Source: Micrococcus luteus NCTC 2665 (GTDB lineage Bacteria; Actinomycetota; Actinomycetes; Actinomycetales; Micrococcaceae). From it: a DNA stretch of 32,000 nt. The position numbers and the translations under genes were made by a program. The stretch is from NCBI RefSeq assembly GCF_000023205.1, contig NC_012803.1, forward strand, positions 630,001 through 662,000, read 5' to 3'. A model generated the notes under the pieces. It worked only from the letters and a program-made list of their open reading frames with translations, did no database searches and was not told the DNA's origin. Shown in pieces: positions 17,935 through 30,449 of the stretch; within the stretch, counting starts at the first letter, position 1; the number at the start of each line of letters is the position of its first letter.

Positions 17935-18771
17935 ATGCACCCCGACGACGCCCCCATACCGGATCTGACCTGGCTGGACTCCGCCGGCTCCACGCAGGAT
18001 GAGCTCCTCGCACGGCTGGACCGCGCAGGGCACCGGCACGGTGCGGCCGTGGCCACCGCGGACCAACGGGCCGGCCGGGGGCGGCACGCCCGCGTGTGGA
18101 GCGCCGCGCCGGGGGCGGCACTCGCCCTGTCCGTGTACCTGCGTCCCGAGTCCGGCGGGGTGCCGGTCTCCCCGGCCCACCTGAGCTGGCTCTCGCTCGT
18201 CGCCTCCGCCACGGTCGCCGAGCGCCTCGCGGCCCGGGGCGTCCCGACGCACGTGAAGTGGCCGAACGACGTGCTCGCCACGGACGGGCGCAAGCTGTGC
18301 GGCGTGCTGGCCACGGTGGCACTGTCCTCGGACGGCAAGGGGCCCGGCGTCGTCGTCGGGATGGGCGTGAACCTGGACCACCGCGGGGCCGCCCCGGTGG
18401 ACACCGCCACGGACCTGGCGGAGTGGATCGGCGCGGACGCCGTGCCCGCGCCCCGGGACCTCGCGGTCGAGCTGCGCGACGCCGTCGTGGCGGCCGTGGA
18501 CCGCTTCGCGGCGGGCGTGGCGGGACAGGCGGCGGCCGTGGACGGACGCCACCCCGCCGTGGCGGCCGTGGCGGACCGCCTCTCCACCTTGGGCCGTGCG
18601 GTACGCGCCGAGCTGCCCGGCGGCGGCGTGCTGGAGGGCACGGCCGTGGGCCTCGGCCCCGGCGGCACCCTGCGCGTGAAGCACGTCACACCGGACCGTG
18701 GCACAATCGAGACCGAGGTCAGTGCGGGGGACGTGGCCCACCTGCGCGGAGACGTCCATCGCGGCGCATGA
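17935..18771 (+). CDS. birA: Biotin--[acetyl-CoA-carboxylase] ligase, group I (no N-terminal HTH)
   Basis: GRGRHARVW (the GRGRxGRxW biotin-binding motif) and VKWPNDVL..GRKLCGVL. It is 278 aa from ATG 17935. The upstream part of the 863-aa track ORF is antisense to pccB and is rejected. Confidence 0.9.
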   Translation: MHPDDAPIPDLTWLDSAGSTQDELLARLDRAGHRHGAAVATADQRAGRGRHARVWSAAPGAALALSVYLRPESGGVPVSPAHLSWLSLVASATVAERLAARGVPTHVKWPNDVLATDGRKLCGVLATVALSSDGKGPGVVVGMGVNLDHRGAAPVDTATDLAEWIGADAVPAPRDLAVELRDAVVAAVDRFAAGVAGQAAAVDGRHPAVAAVADRLSTLGRAVRAELPGGGVLEGTAVGLGPGGTLRVKHVTPDRGTIETEVSAGDVAHLRGDVHRGA

Positions 18772-18801
18772 CACACCCGTCCCGGTCAGGAGGTGACCGC
18801 C

Positions 18802-19329
18802 GTGCGACTCGAGCCCGGTGAGCAGGTGATGGTGCGCACCCGCACCCACCCGCGCGCGCTGCTGCGCCCGGCCGCGGTCCTCGTGGCCGTCGCGTTCCTG
18901 CTCGGCCTGGCCGTCGGCGTGCTCGCACGCCCCGACCTGCCCGGGATCGTCGCCGCGAACCGCGCCGTGCTCGAGGCGGCCGCGTGGGTGGTCGCGGCGC
19001 TCGTCCTGCTCCCCGGCACCGTCCGCCCGCTGTGGCGCTGGGTCTTCCGGCGCACCGTGCTCACCGACCGCCGCATCCTCCAGGGCGCCGGCGTCGGCGG
19101 CTCCGGTGCCGCCATGCCGCTCGTGTCCATCGCCGACGTGCAGCGGCGCCGCCGCGGCTCGGGTGCCGGAGACCTGCACATCCTCTTCCAGGAGCCCGCC
19201 CGCCAGGTCCACTGGCGGCTGCGCGACGTCCCCGAGGCCGCGCGCTTCGAGGAGGCCCTGGCCCACCTCACCCGCCAGGCCCGCACCGCAACCTGGCCCG
19301 CCCCCGTCCCGACAGGAGACCTCCGATGA
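18802..19329 (+). CDS. Membrane protein with bacterial PH (bPH_2/YdbS-like) domain
   Basis: LEPGEQVMVRTRTHPRALLRP followed by two TM helices, then RRTVLTDRRIL......PLVSIADVQ, typical of bPH_2 proteins. AGGAGG at 18788-18793 favours GTG 18802 (8-nt spacer) over GTG 18793. Confidence 0.7.
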   Translation: MRLEPGEQVMVRTRTHPRALLRPAAVLVAVAFLLGLAVGVLARPDLPGIVAANRAVLEAAAWVVAALVLLPGTVRPLWRWVFRRTVLTDRRILQGAGVGGSGAAMPLVSIADVQRRRRGSGAGDLHILFQEPARQVHWRLRDVPEAARFEEALAHLTRQARTATWPAPVPTGDLR

Positions 19330-20465
19330 GCCGTCCGGAGACACCGGACACCGCACCGCTGCCGATCGTCCCGTCGGCTGAGGACGAGACCGCCCGCGAC
19401 GTCGAGGAGCGCTCCGCCCAGCCCGCCGGCTGGACGAGCGCGATGCGCACGCTCGACGCCGGCCTGGTGGTGGGCCCGCGCGCCTACACCTCTCGGGAGG
19501 TGGCGCAGCGCCTCGGCGTCTCGATGGCCTCCGCCCGGAAGATCTGGCGTGCGCTGGGCTATCCGGCCTCGCCGGAGGGGCACAAGGCCTTCACCGAGGC
19601 GGACATCGAGGCGTTCGAGTCCGTGCTCACGCTCGTGCGCTCGGGGACGCTGAACGAGGACACCGCCATCTCGCTGGCCCGCTCGATCGGGCAGATGACG
19701 GACCGCATGGTGGTGTGGCAGATCGAGGCGCTCGTGGAGGACAAGATCGCCTCCGAGGACCTGACGGACCCGGAGGCACGGCGGGCCGTCGTCGACATGC
19801 TCCCGGACATGGTCGGACCGCTCGAGAAGGCCATGCGGATCGTCTACCGGCGCCAGCTCAACCGCGCCGTCCAGCGCCTGACCGTCCGCGTGGAGGCCGG
19901 GCTGGCGGCCAGCGCCGAGGGCCGCGACGGCTCCGAATCGGACGCGCCGCTGCCGCTGGCCCGCGCCGTCGGCTTCGCGGACATGGTCTCCTACACGACG
20001 CTCTCCCGGACCATGGACGACCGGACGCTGGCTCGCATGGTGCTGCGCTTCGAGTCCCTCGCCGCGGAGACCATCTCGGCCGGCGGCGGCTGGCTCGTGA
20101 AGACCATCGGCGACGAGGTCATGTTCAACGCCGAGACCCCCGAGGCCGGCGCCGCGATCGCGCTCTCCCTGGCCGAGACCATCGCCGCGGACGAGGAGCT
20201 GCCCTCGGCGCGCGTCGCCCTGACCTGGGGACGGGTGCTCTCCCGCATGGGGGACATCTACGGGCCCACCGTGAACCTCGCCGCGCGGCTGACGTCCCTG
20301 GCCGATCCGGGTACCGTGCTCGTGGACGCCATGACCGCTGCGGCCCTGTCCCGGGACGAGCGCTTCGTGCTCGTCCCGCAGCCGCCCAGGATCGTCCGCG
20401 GGTTCGGAGAGGTCCGCCCCTCCCTGCTCTTGGACGGGTCGGCCCAGACCCTGCTCGCCGACTGA
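19326..20465 (+). CDS. Class III adenylyl cyclase with Rv1264-type N-terminal regulatory domain
   Basis: The catalytic core is VGFADMVSYTTL, WLVKTIGDEVMF, RVALTWGRVLSRMGDIYGPTVNLAARL, which carries the metal Asp residues and the transition-state Asn/Arg. The N-terminal YTSREVAQRLGVSMASARKIWRALGY resembles the Rv1264 regulatory domain (YVSAREISENYGV...). ATGA overlap with the upstream gene. Confidence 0.85.
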   Translation: MSRPETPDTAPLPIVPSAEDETARDVEERSAQPAGWTSAMRTLDAGLVVGPRAYTSREVAQRLGVSMASARKIWRALGYPASPEGHKAFTEADIEAFESVLTLVRSGTLNEDTAISLARSIGQMTDRMVVWQIEALVEDKIASEDLTDPEARRAVVDMLPDMVGPLEKAMRIVYRRQLNRAVQRLTVRVEAGLAASAEGRDGSESDAPLPLARAVGFADMVSYTTLSRTMDDRTLARMVLRFESLAAETISAGGGWLVKTIGDEVMFNAETPEAGAAIALSLAETIAADEELPSARVALTWGRVLSRMGDIYGPTVNLAARLTSLADPGTVLVDAMTAAALSRDERFVLVPQPPRIVRGFGEVRPSLLLDGSAQTLLAD

Positions 20466-20476
20466 TCGAGGACCCC

Positions 20477-24579
<4,103 letters not shown>

Positions 24580-24583
<4 letters not shown>

Positions 24584-25062
24584 GGCGGATCGTCGGAGAC
24601 CCGTGGTTCTACCCGGTCCTGTTCGTGGCCGGCGGCCTGACGTTCATGATCGCGGGGACGCGCCTGCAGCAGGTCGGCATGATCGTGGCCGGGCTCGTCC
24701 TGGCCGGCTACGCGGTCACGCACCGGTGGGCGGTCCGGGTCCGCTCGCGGCCGTTCGCCGGCGCACAGGCGCACGTCGAGGGCGGCGGCGTCGTCGTGTT
24801 CTGGCGGCCGGGCTGTTCGTTCACGCGGCGGCTGGTCACGGAACTGACGGCGCAGGAACGGGAGCGCGCCTACTGGGTGAACATCTGGCAGGAGCCGGCG
24901 GCCGCGACGTTCCTCGCGGGGCTGCACGAGGCGCGCGACGGCCACCCCCACCAGGCCGTGCCCACCGCCTGGCTGCGTCGGCGCGACTACGTCGTGGCCA
25001 CGGACGCGACCCGCGCCCGCCTGAAGGACACGCTGCGCCAGCACGCCGGAGGCGACGCATGA
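24580..25062 (+). CDS. Membrane-anchored glutaredoxin/mycoredoxin-like protein with a monothiol CSFT motif
   Basis: Two N-terminal hydrophobic helices, then VVVFWRPGCSFTRRL...YWVNIWQEPAAATF......AVPTAW. This parallels actinobacterial glutaredoxin-like proteins (WRPGCPYC.RL...NIW.DP.AAA....VPTV), but the second Cys is replaced by Thr. Confidence 0.7.
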
Positions 25063-25583
25063 GCGCCCTCGTCCGCCCGTTGCGCCCCGAGGACCACGAG
25101 GCGGTCGCCGAGCTCACCCTTGCGTCCTATGTCGACGGCGGCCACATCGCCCCCGACGACGCCTACGTGAAGACCCTCATGGACGTGGCCGACCGGGCCG
25201 GCCGCGCGGAGGTCCTCGTGGCCGAGGTCGACGGCGAGGTGGCCGGGTCCGTGGTGCTCACCCCGCCCGGCTCGCCCCTGGCCGAGACCTCCGGCGACGG
25301 GGAGTACGAGTTCCGCATGCTCGCCGTGCACCCGCGGTTCCACCGCCGCGGGGTGGGCGGCGCCCTGCTGGCCGAGATCGTGGCGCGGGCCCGCGCCGAG
25401 GAGGGTGTGGACGCCGTCGTGCTGACCACCATGCCCTCCATGACCGGCGCGCACCGGATGTACGAGCGCGCCGGCTTCGTGCGCGTCCCGGAGCGGGACT
25501 GGCTCCTCGCGGACGTGGTGCCGGACCTCGACCCGGCCGAGGAGACCGGACCGTTCCTCGTCTACCGGCTCGCGCTGGACTGA
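25059..25583 (+). CDS. GNAT family N-acetyltransferase
   Basis: Acetyl-CoA binding motif MLAVHPRFHRRGVGGALLAEIV (Q/RxxGxG/A) and C-terminal AHRMYERAGFVRV. ATGA overlap with the upstream gene. Confidence 0.85.
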   Translation: MSALVRPLRPEDHEAVAELTLASYVDGGHIAPDDAYVKTLMDVADRAGRAEVLVAEVDGEVAGSVVLTPPGSPLAETSGDGEYEFRMLAVHPRFHRRGVGGALLAEIVARARAEEGVDAVVLTTMPSMTGAHRMYERAGFVRVPERDWLLADVVPDLDPAEETGPFLVYRLALD

Positions 25584-25614
25584 CCCCGGGCGGGACATCG
25601 GCACCGGAACCCCA

Positions 25615-25681
25615 TTCGAGGCGGGAAATCCCTGTCATGCGGGCCCGGAGCGCCGCGGTGGGGTGGATTTCCCGCCTCGAA
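25615..25681. repeat. Perfect 17-bp inverted repeat (TTCGAGGCGGGAAATCC / GGATTTCCCGCCTCGAA) with a 33-nt spacer
   Basis: Read directly from the sequence: left arm 25615-25631, right arm 25665-25681. It lies between the GNAT stop (25583) and the gatC start (25788). Function is unknown (terminator, operator or relic element). Confidence 0.8.
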
Positions 25682-25787
25682 GCGGTGGCGGCGGCCGGGC
25701 AGGCCCCGGCACTAGACTCGACCCCGATGTGGCCGCCGCCGCGCCGGCGTCGTCCACCCCGCCCCGACCCGTCACACGAGGAGATCC

Positions 25788-26084
25788 ATGCCTGAGATCA
25801 CCCGGGATCAGGTGGAGCATCTGGCTCGCCTGGCCCACATCCGGATGACCGACGAGGAGCTGGACACGATGTCCGGCGACCTGGAGAAGATCCTGGAGCA
25901 CGTCTCCGCGGTCCAGGCCGCCGCGGGCGACGACGTGACGCCGACGTCCCACCCCATCGCGTTGGAGAACGTGTTCCGCGAGGACGTGCCGGCCGGCATG
26001 CTCACACAGGAGGAGGCCCTCGACCAGGCGCCGGACTCCGAGGACGGCCAGTTCAAGGTCCCCGCCATCCTGGACGGAGAGTGA
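25788..26084 (+). CDS. gatC: Asp-tRNA(Asn)/Glu-tRNA(Gln) amidotransferase subunit C
   Basis: Typical GatC sequence [37 protein letters not shown] lies 4 nt upstream. It is immediately followed by gatA and gatB. Confidence 0.95.
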   Translation: MPEITRDQVEHLARLAHIRMTDEELDTMSGDLEKILEHVSAVQAAAGDDVTPTSHPIALENVFREDVPAGMLTQEEALDQAPDSEDGQFKVPAILDGE

Positions 26085-27709
26085 TCACCCCCATGACCGC
26101 GACGTTCGACGTGAACGCGACCCTCGGCGCCGACGAGCTCGTCCGGCTCACCGCGCTGCAGATGGCCGAGCGCCTGCGCGCCGGCACCACCACCTCCGTG
26201 GAGCTCGTCCAGGCCCACCTGGACCGCATCGCGGCCCACGACGGCGACGTGCGCGCCGACGCCGCCGGTGACCGCGGCGTGCGCGCCTACCTCCACGTGA
26301 ACACGGACGAGGCCCTCGCCGTCGCCGCCGAGGTGGACGCGATCCGCGCCGCCGGCGGCCCCGAGGCCGACGCCCTGCACCCGCTGGCCGGCGTGCCCGT
26401 GGCCGTGAAGGACAACATCGTCACGCGCGGCCAGCCGACCACGGCCGCCTCCCGCATGCTCGAGGGCTGGCTCAGCCCGTACGACGCCACGGTGGTGGCC
26501 CGCCTCCGCGAGGCCCGCCTGCCGATCCTCGGCAAGACCAACCTCGACGAGTTCGCGATGGGCGGCTCCACCGAGCACTCCGCGTTCGGCATCACCCGCA
26601 ACCCGTGGGACGGAGACCGGGTGCCCGGCGGCTCGGGCGGCGGGTCGGCGGCCGCCGTCGCCGCCTTCCTGGCACCCTTCGCCCTCGGCTCGGACACCGG
26701 CGGCTCCGTCCGTGAGCCCGCCGCGTTCACCGGCACGGTCGGCGTGAAGCCCACCTATGGCGCGGTCTCCCGCTACGGCCTGATCGCCATGGCCTCCTCG
26801 CTGGACCAGATCGGCCCCGCCGCCCGCACCGTGGCCGACGCCGCGGCGCTGCAGCAGGTCATCGCCGGCCACGACCCGCAGGACTCCACGTCCCTGGCCG
26901 ACGAGCCGGCGGACCTGACCGCCGCGGCCCGCGGCCGCGACCTGGCGGGGCTGCGCGTCGGCGTCGTGACGGACCTGCCGGCGGACGCGTTCCACCCGGG
27001 CATCCGGGCCGGCTTCGACGAGCACGTCGCGGCCCTGCGTGAGGCGGGCGCGGAGATCGTGGAGGTCTCCTGCCCGAGCTTCGACGCCGCCCTCGGCGCG
27101 TACTACCTGATCATGCCCTCGGAGGCCTCCTCCAACCTGGCCCGCTTCGACGGTGTCCGCTACGGCCACCGCGTGGTGCCCGACGGCGGCGGCACGATCG
27201 AGCAGGTCATGGGCGCCACCCGCGCCGCCGGGTTCGGCGCCGAGGTCAAGCGGCGCATCATCCTGGGCACCTACGCGCTGTCCGCCGGCTACTACGACGC
27301 CTACTACGGCTCCGCGCAGAAGGTCCGCACGCTCGTGCAGGAGGACTTCGCCCGCGCCTTCGAGCAGGTGGACGTCATCCTCACGCCCACCGCCCCGACC
27401 CCGGCGTTCGAGCTGGGCGCGAAGACGGACGACCCGATGACCATGTACGTCAACGACCTCACCACCATCCCGGCCAACCTCGCCGGCATCCCGGGCATGT
27501 CCGTGCCGGGCGGCGTCGTCGACGGGCTGCCCTACGGCCTGCAGCTGATGGCGCCGACGCGCCAGGACGCCCGCCTGTACGAGGCCGGCGCCGCGCTCGA
27601 GCGCCTCGTGGCCCAGCGCCGGGGCGGGCCGGTGTGGGCCGAGGCCCCCGAGCTGGAGAAGGGCGCGCAGCGCGCCACCACCGCGACCACGGCAGGAGGC
27701 CGGGCATGA
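26081..27709 (+). CDS. gatA: Asp-tRNA(Asn)/Glu-tRNA(Gln) amidotransferase subunit A
   Basis: Amidase signature [13 protein letters not shown]-like ([13 protein letters not shown]), [16 protein letters not shown] 26081 overlaps the gatC stop. ATG 26093 is an alternative start. Confidence 0.95.
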   Translation: MITPMTATFDVNATLGADELVRLTALQMAERLRAGTTTSVELVQAHLDRIAAHDGDVRADAAGDRGVRAYLHVNTDEALAVAAEVDAIRAAGGPEADALHPLAGVPVAVKDNIVTRGQPTTAASRMLEGWLSPYDATVVARLREARLPILGKTNLDEFAMGGSTEHSAFGITRNPWDGDRVPGGSGGGSAAAVAAFLAPFALGSDTGGSVREPAAFTGTVGVKPTYGAVSRYGLIAMASSLDQIGPAARTVADAAALQQVIAGHDPQDSTSLADEPADLTAAARGRDLAGLRVGVVTDLPADAFHPGIRAGFDEHVAALREAGAEIVEVSCPSFDAALGAYYLIMPSEASSNLARFDGVRYGHRVVPDGGGTIEQVMGATRAAGFGAEVKRRIILGTYALSAGYYDAYYGSAQKVRTLVQEDFARAFEQVDVILTPTAPTPAFELGAKTDDPMTMYVNDLTTIPANLAGIPGMSVPGGVVDGLPYGLQLMAPTRQDARLYEAGAALERLVAQRRGGPVWAEAPELEKGAQRATTATTAGGRA

Positions 27710-29211
27710 GCCACGCAGAGCAGACCATGGACTTCGCGGAGGCGATGGAGCGCTTCGACCCCGTGCTGGGCTTCGAGGTGCACGTGGAGCTGAACACCGC
27801 CACGAAGATCTTCTCCTCGGCGCCCAACGCGTTCGGCGACGAGCCGAACACCAACGTGACCCCGCTCGACCTCGGCCTGCCCGGCACCCTGCCGGTGCTC
27901 AACCGCAAGGTCGTCGAGTACGCGATCCGCCTGGGCGTGGCCCTGGACGCGCAGGTCGCCGAGACCTGCCGGTTCGCGCGGAAGAACTACTTCTACCCGG
28001 ACACGCCGAAGAACTTCCAGACCTCCCAGTACGACGAGCCGATCGTCTTCGACGGCCACCTCGACGTCGAGCTGGAGGACGGCGAGGTCTTCCGCGTGGA
28101 GATCGAGCGCGCGCACCTCGAGGACGACGCCGGCAAGCTCACCCACGTGGGCGGCTCCGGGCGGATCCAGGGCGCCTCCGCGTCCCTCGTCGACTACAAC
28201 CGTGCGGGCGTGCCGCTCATCGAGATCGTCACCAAGCCGATCGTCGGCGCCGGCGCGCGAGCCCCCGAGCTGGCCCGCGCCTACGTCACCGCGATCCGGG
28301 ACATCGTGCAGGCCATCGACATCTCCGACGCGCGGATGGAGCGCGGCAACGTCCGCTGCGACGCGAACATCTCGCTGATGCCCAAGGGCGCCACCGAGTT
28401 CGGCACCCGCACCGAGACGAAGAACGTGAACTCCACGCGCGCCGTGCAGCACGCGGTCACCCACGAGATCCAGCGCCAGGCCGCGGTGCTCGCCGCGGGC
28501 GGCACCGTGACGCAGGAGACCCGCCACTGGCACGAGGACACCCGCAGCACCACCTCGGGTCGCCCGAAGTCGGACGCGGACGACTACCGGTACTTCCCGG
28601 AGCCGGACCTCGTGCCGGTGCACGTGGACGCCGCGTGGGTCGAGCGCGTGCGCGCGGCCATGCCCGAGCTGCCGGCCGTGCGGAACAAGCGGCTCAAGGC
28701 CGAGTGGGGCTTCTCGGACGAGGAGTTCCGCGACGTCGTCAACGCCGGCGTGCTGGACGAGATCGTCGCGACCGTGGAGGCCGGAGCCTCCGCGGCGGCC
28801 GCCCGCAAGTGGTGGATGGGCGAGATCGCCCGCCTGGCGAACGTCCGCGAGGTCGCCGTCGCGGAGCTGGGGATCACCCCGGCGCACGTGGTGGAGGTCG
28901 AGGAGCTGATCGCCGCGAAGACGATCAACGACAAGATCGCCAAGCAGGTGCTCGGTCTGGTGGCCGACGGCGAGGGCGCCCCGAAGGAGATCGTCGCGGC
29001 GAAGGGCCTGGCCGTGGTGTCCGACGACGGTGCGCTCACCGAGGCCGTCGACGCCGCGATCGCCGCCAACCCGGACGTGGCCGAGAAGATCAAGGGCGGC
29101 AAGATGGCCGCCGTCGGCGCCCTGATCGGCCCGGTCATGAAGGCCACCCGCGGGCAGGCCGACGCCGGCCGCGTCCGCGAGATCGTCCTGGAGCGCCTGG
29201 GCGTGTCCTGA
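27706..29211 (+). CDS. gatB: Asp-tRNA(Asn)/Glu-tRNA(Gln) amidotransferase subunit B
   Basis: [56 protein letters not shown] 27706 forms an ATGA overlap with the gatA stop. Confidence 0.97.
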   Translation: MSHAEQTMDFAEAMERFDPVLGFEVHVELNTATKIFSSAPNAFGDEPNTNVTPLDLGLPGTLPVLNRKVVEYAIRLGVALDAQVAETCRFARKNYFYPDTPKNFQTSQYDEPIVFDGHLDVELEDGEVFRVEIERAHLEDDAGKLTHVGGSGRIQGASASLVDYNRAGVPLIEIVTKPIVGAGARAPELARAYVTAIRDIVQAIDISDARMERGNVRCDANISLMPKGATEFGTRTETKNVNSTRAVQHAVTHEIQRQAAVLAAGGTVTQETRHWHEDTRSTTSGRPKSDADDYRYFPEPDLVPVHVDAAWVERVRAAMPELPAVRNKRLKAEWGFSDEEFRDVVNAGVLDEIVATVEAGASAAAARKWWMGEIARLANVREVAVAELGITPAHVVEVEELIAAKTINDKIAKQVLGLVADGEGAPKEIVAAKGLAVVSDDGALTEAVDAAIAANPDVAEKIKGGKMAAVGALIGPVMKATRGQADAGRVREIVLERLGVS

Positions 29212-29216
29212 CGACC

Positions 29217-29256
29217 GCGCGGGCCCTCAGCCGTCCAGGGCGGTGAGGGCCCGCGC
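29217..29256. terminator. Hairpin between convergent gatB and the APH-like gene (putative bidirectional terminator)
   Basis: Perfect 13-bp arms GCGCGGGCCCTCA (29217-29229) and TGAGGGCCCGCGC (29244-29256) with a 14-nt loop. The right arm lies inside the 3-prime end of the minus-strand CDS. There is no U-tract. Confidence 0.5.
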
Positions 29257-30303
29257 CACGCGGGGCAGGGTCTTGCGCAGCAGACGCCGCCAGGACCCCG
29301 CGGCCAGCCCGCCGACGATCGCGTCCCGGGCCGCCGCGTCGTCGAGCGTCTCCATGGCCATCGCCCCGAGCCACACGCGGGCCCGCCGCGCCTCGGCCGC
29401 GTCCCGGGCCAGGTCGGGGACCTTCTCCTCGCCGTGCCACAGCGCCAGGTAGGCGATGTTGAGGGCGGGGTCCCACGCGCACGCGAGGTCCCAGTCCAGC
29501 ACCCCGGCCAGCGCCCAGCGCAGCGGGGCGCGCGGGCCCTCGTCCTCGGGCACGGCACGCCAGCGCATGTTGTGCCCGGCCAGGTCGCCGTGCACGAGCG
29601 ACGGCGGCACGGGCGGCGCGGCGGTCCACGCCGTCACCGCGTCCGTGAGGGCGGCCACCGCGTCCGGCCACGCCTCGGTGCCCAGCCGCGCGTCGACGTC
29701 GTGGCCCTCCCACGCCCCCAGGCGCGCGGCCACCGTCCCCGGCAGCGCCGCGACGTGCCGGGCGCGCTCCGACGTCCACGGGCCGCGGAAGGCGAACGGA
29801 CGGCCGAGGTGCGGGGCGATCCGCGGGTCGGTGACGTCCACGGCGGCGAGGTCGTCGAGGACGCCGCGCAGCACGGCCGGATCGCCCTCGTGCGGCGGGT
29901 GCGGCCTGCCCGGGAGGAAGCGCTGCAGCACCGCGGCGCCCGGGCCCGCGGGGACGGGGTCCGAGAGGGCGACGGGCACGGCCCACGGCACGTCGCGTTC
30001 GGCCAGGGCCGCGGCGAGCCCGTCGAGGAGGGTCAGGCGCCGGGGCAGGTGCGCCGCGGGGTCCCGCTCGGGCGCCCACCGCGCGGCCGGGGCGGCGCCG
30101 ACCTCGTGGGCCCGCGTCATCCGGAGGACGCCAACGTCCTCGAGCACGAGCACGCGGTGGAACTGCCCGCCCTCCTCCACGGACGCCGCGGCCCAGTCGG
30201 CTGTGCGGAGCCGGTGGGCGAGAGCGGGGTCGAGGCCGGGGCGGAGGTGCTGCAGGGCGCGGTGGACCGGCTCGAGCTCGCTGGGGGCAGGCGGGGAGAC
30301 CAC
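29227..30303 (-). CDS. Aminoglycoside phosphotransferase (APH)/choline-kinase-fold family protein, substrate unknown
   Basis: Catalytic loop LVHGDLAGHNMRW (HGDLxxxN) and metal-binding VLDWD. GTG start at 30303 is the first start after an in-frame TAG. Confidence 0.8.
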   Translation of the reverse strand: MVSPPAPSELEPVHRALQHLRPGLDPALAHRLRTADWAAASVEEGGQFHRVLVLEDVGVLRMTRAHEVGAAPAARWAPERDPAAHLPRRLTLLDGLAAALAERDVPWAVPVALSDPVPAGPGAAVLQRFLPGRPHPPHEGDPAVLRGVLDDLAAVDVTDPRIAPHLGRPFAFRGPWTSERARHVAALPGTVAARLGAWEGHDVDARLGTEAWPDAVAALTDAVTAWTAAPPVPPSLVHGDLAGHNMRWRAVPEDEGPRAPLRWALAGVLDWDLACAWDPALNIAYLALWHGEEKVPDLARDAAEARRARVWLGAMAMETLDDAAARDAIVGGLAAGSWRRLLRKTLPRVARALTALDG

Positions 30304-30316
30304 ACGACCACGCTAA

Positions 30317-30339
30317 CCCTCCCTCCGCCCTCCCCTCCC
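30317..30339 (-). other. G-tract run GGGAGGGGAGGGCGGAGGGAGGG on the minus strand (potential G-quadruplex, multiple SD-like GGAGG)
   Basis: The plus strand reads ccctccctccgccctcccctccc at 30317-30339. It ends 13 nt upstream of the APH-like GTG start. Confidence 0.6.
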
Positions 30340-30411
30340 GGACTTTCGAACGTGACATCGGGGGAATGGGGACTTTCGAACGGGAGATAGGCCCTACCTC
30401 ACGTTCGAAAG
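30340..30411. promoter_or_regulatory. Three copies of the CTTTCGAACG motif (two direct, one inverted) in a divergent intergenic region
   Basis: GGACTTTCGAACG occurs at 30340-30352 and 30370-30382. The inverted copy ACGTTCGAAAG is at 30401-30411. The TTCGAA cores lie at 30345, 30375 and 30404, giving spacings of 30 and 29 bp. Copies 1 and 3 share 13 nt (CTTTCGAACGTGA). Confidence 0.5.
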
Positions 30412-30449
30412 CGCCCGGGGGCAGAGGGGGCGGGCGGATACTGGAGGGC

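Noticed and set aside
15893-18771. The 630-aa minus ORF (15893-17785) and the 863-aa plus ORF (16180-18771) taken at face value.
   Set aside because: Only the last 90 codons of the first (the epsilon subunit) and the last 278 codons of the second (birA) are credible. The rest is out of frame or antisense to the strongly conserved pccB.
25637-25792. A small ORF (about 51 codons, MRARSAAVGWISRLEAV...) running from the hairpin loop to the gatC start.
   Set aside because: It is Pro/Arg-rich, has no SD sequence, and is below a credible length in this GC context. It is more likely non-coding leader sequence.
30317-30339. The C-rich plus-strand tract as a 6C-type small RNA.
   Set aside because: 6C RNAs place their C-runs in the loops of two conserved hairpins. 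No such flanking stems are visible here.
30340-30411. Possible LexA SOS boxes, because TCGAAC/GTTCGA half-sites of the actinobacterial consensus TCGAAC-N4-GTTCGA are present.
   Set aside because: None of the three half-sites has the partner half-site at the required 4-nt spacing. The repeats are about 30 bp apart, so this is not a canonical SOS box.
30366-30449. ATG 30366 as the start of the CPBP protease (the longest ORF).
   Set aside because: This extension would translate the repeat array and a Gly/Arg-rich stretch (MGTFEREIGPTSRSKAPGGRGGG). ATG 30450 is preferred, although its SD spacing is poor, so the start remains uncertain.
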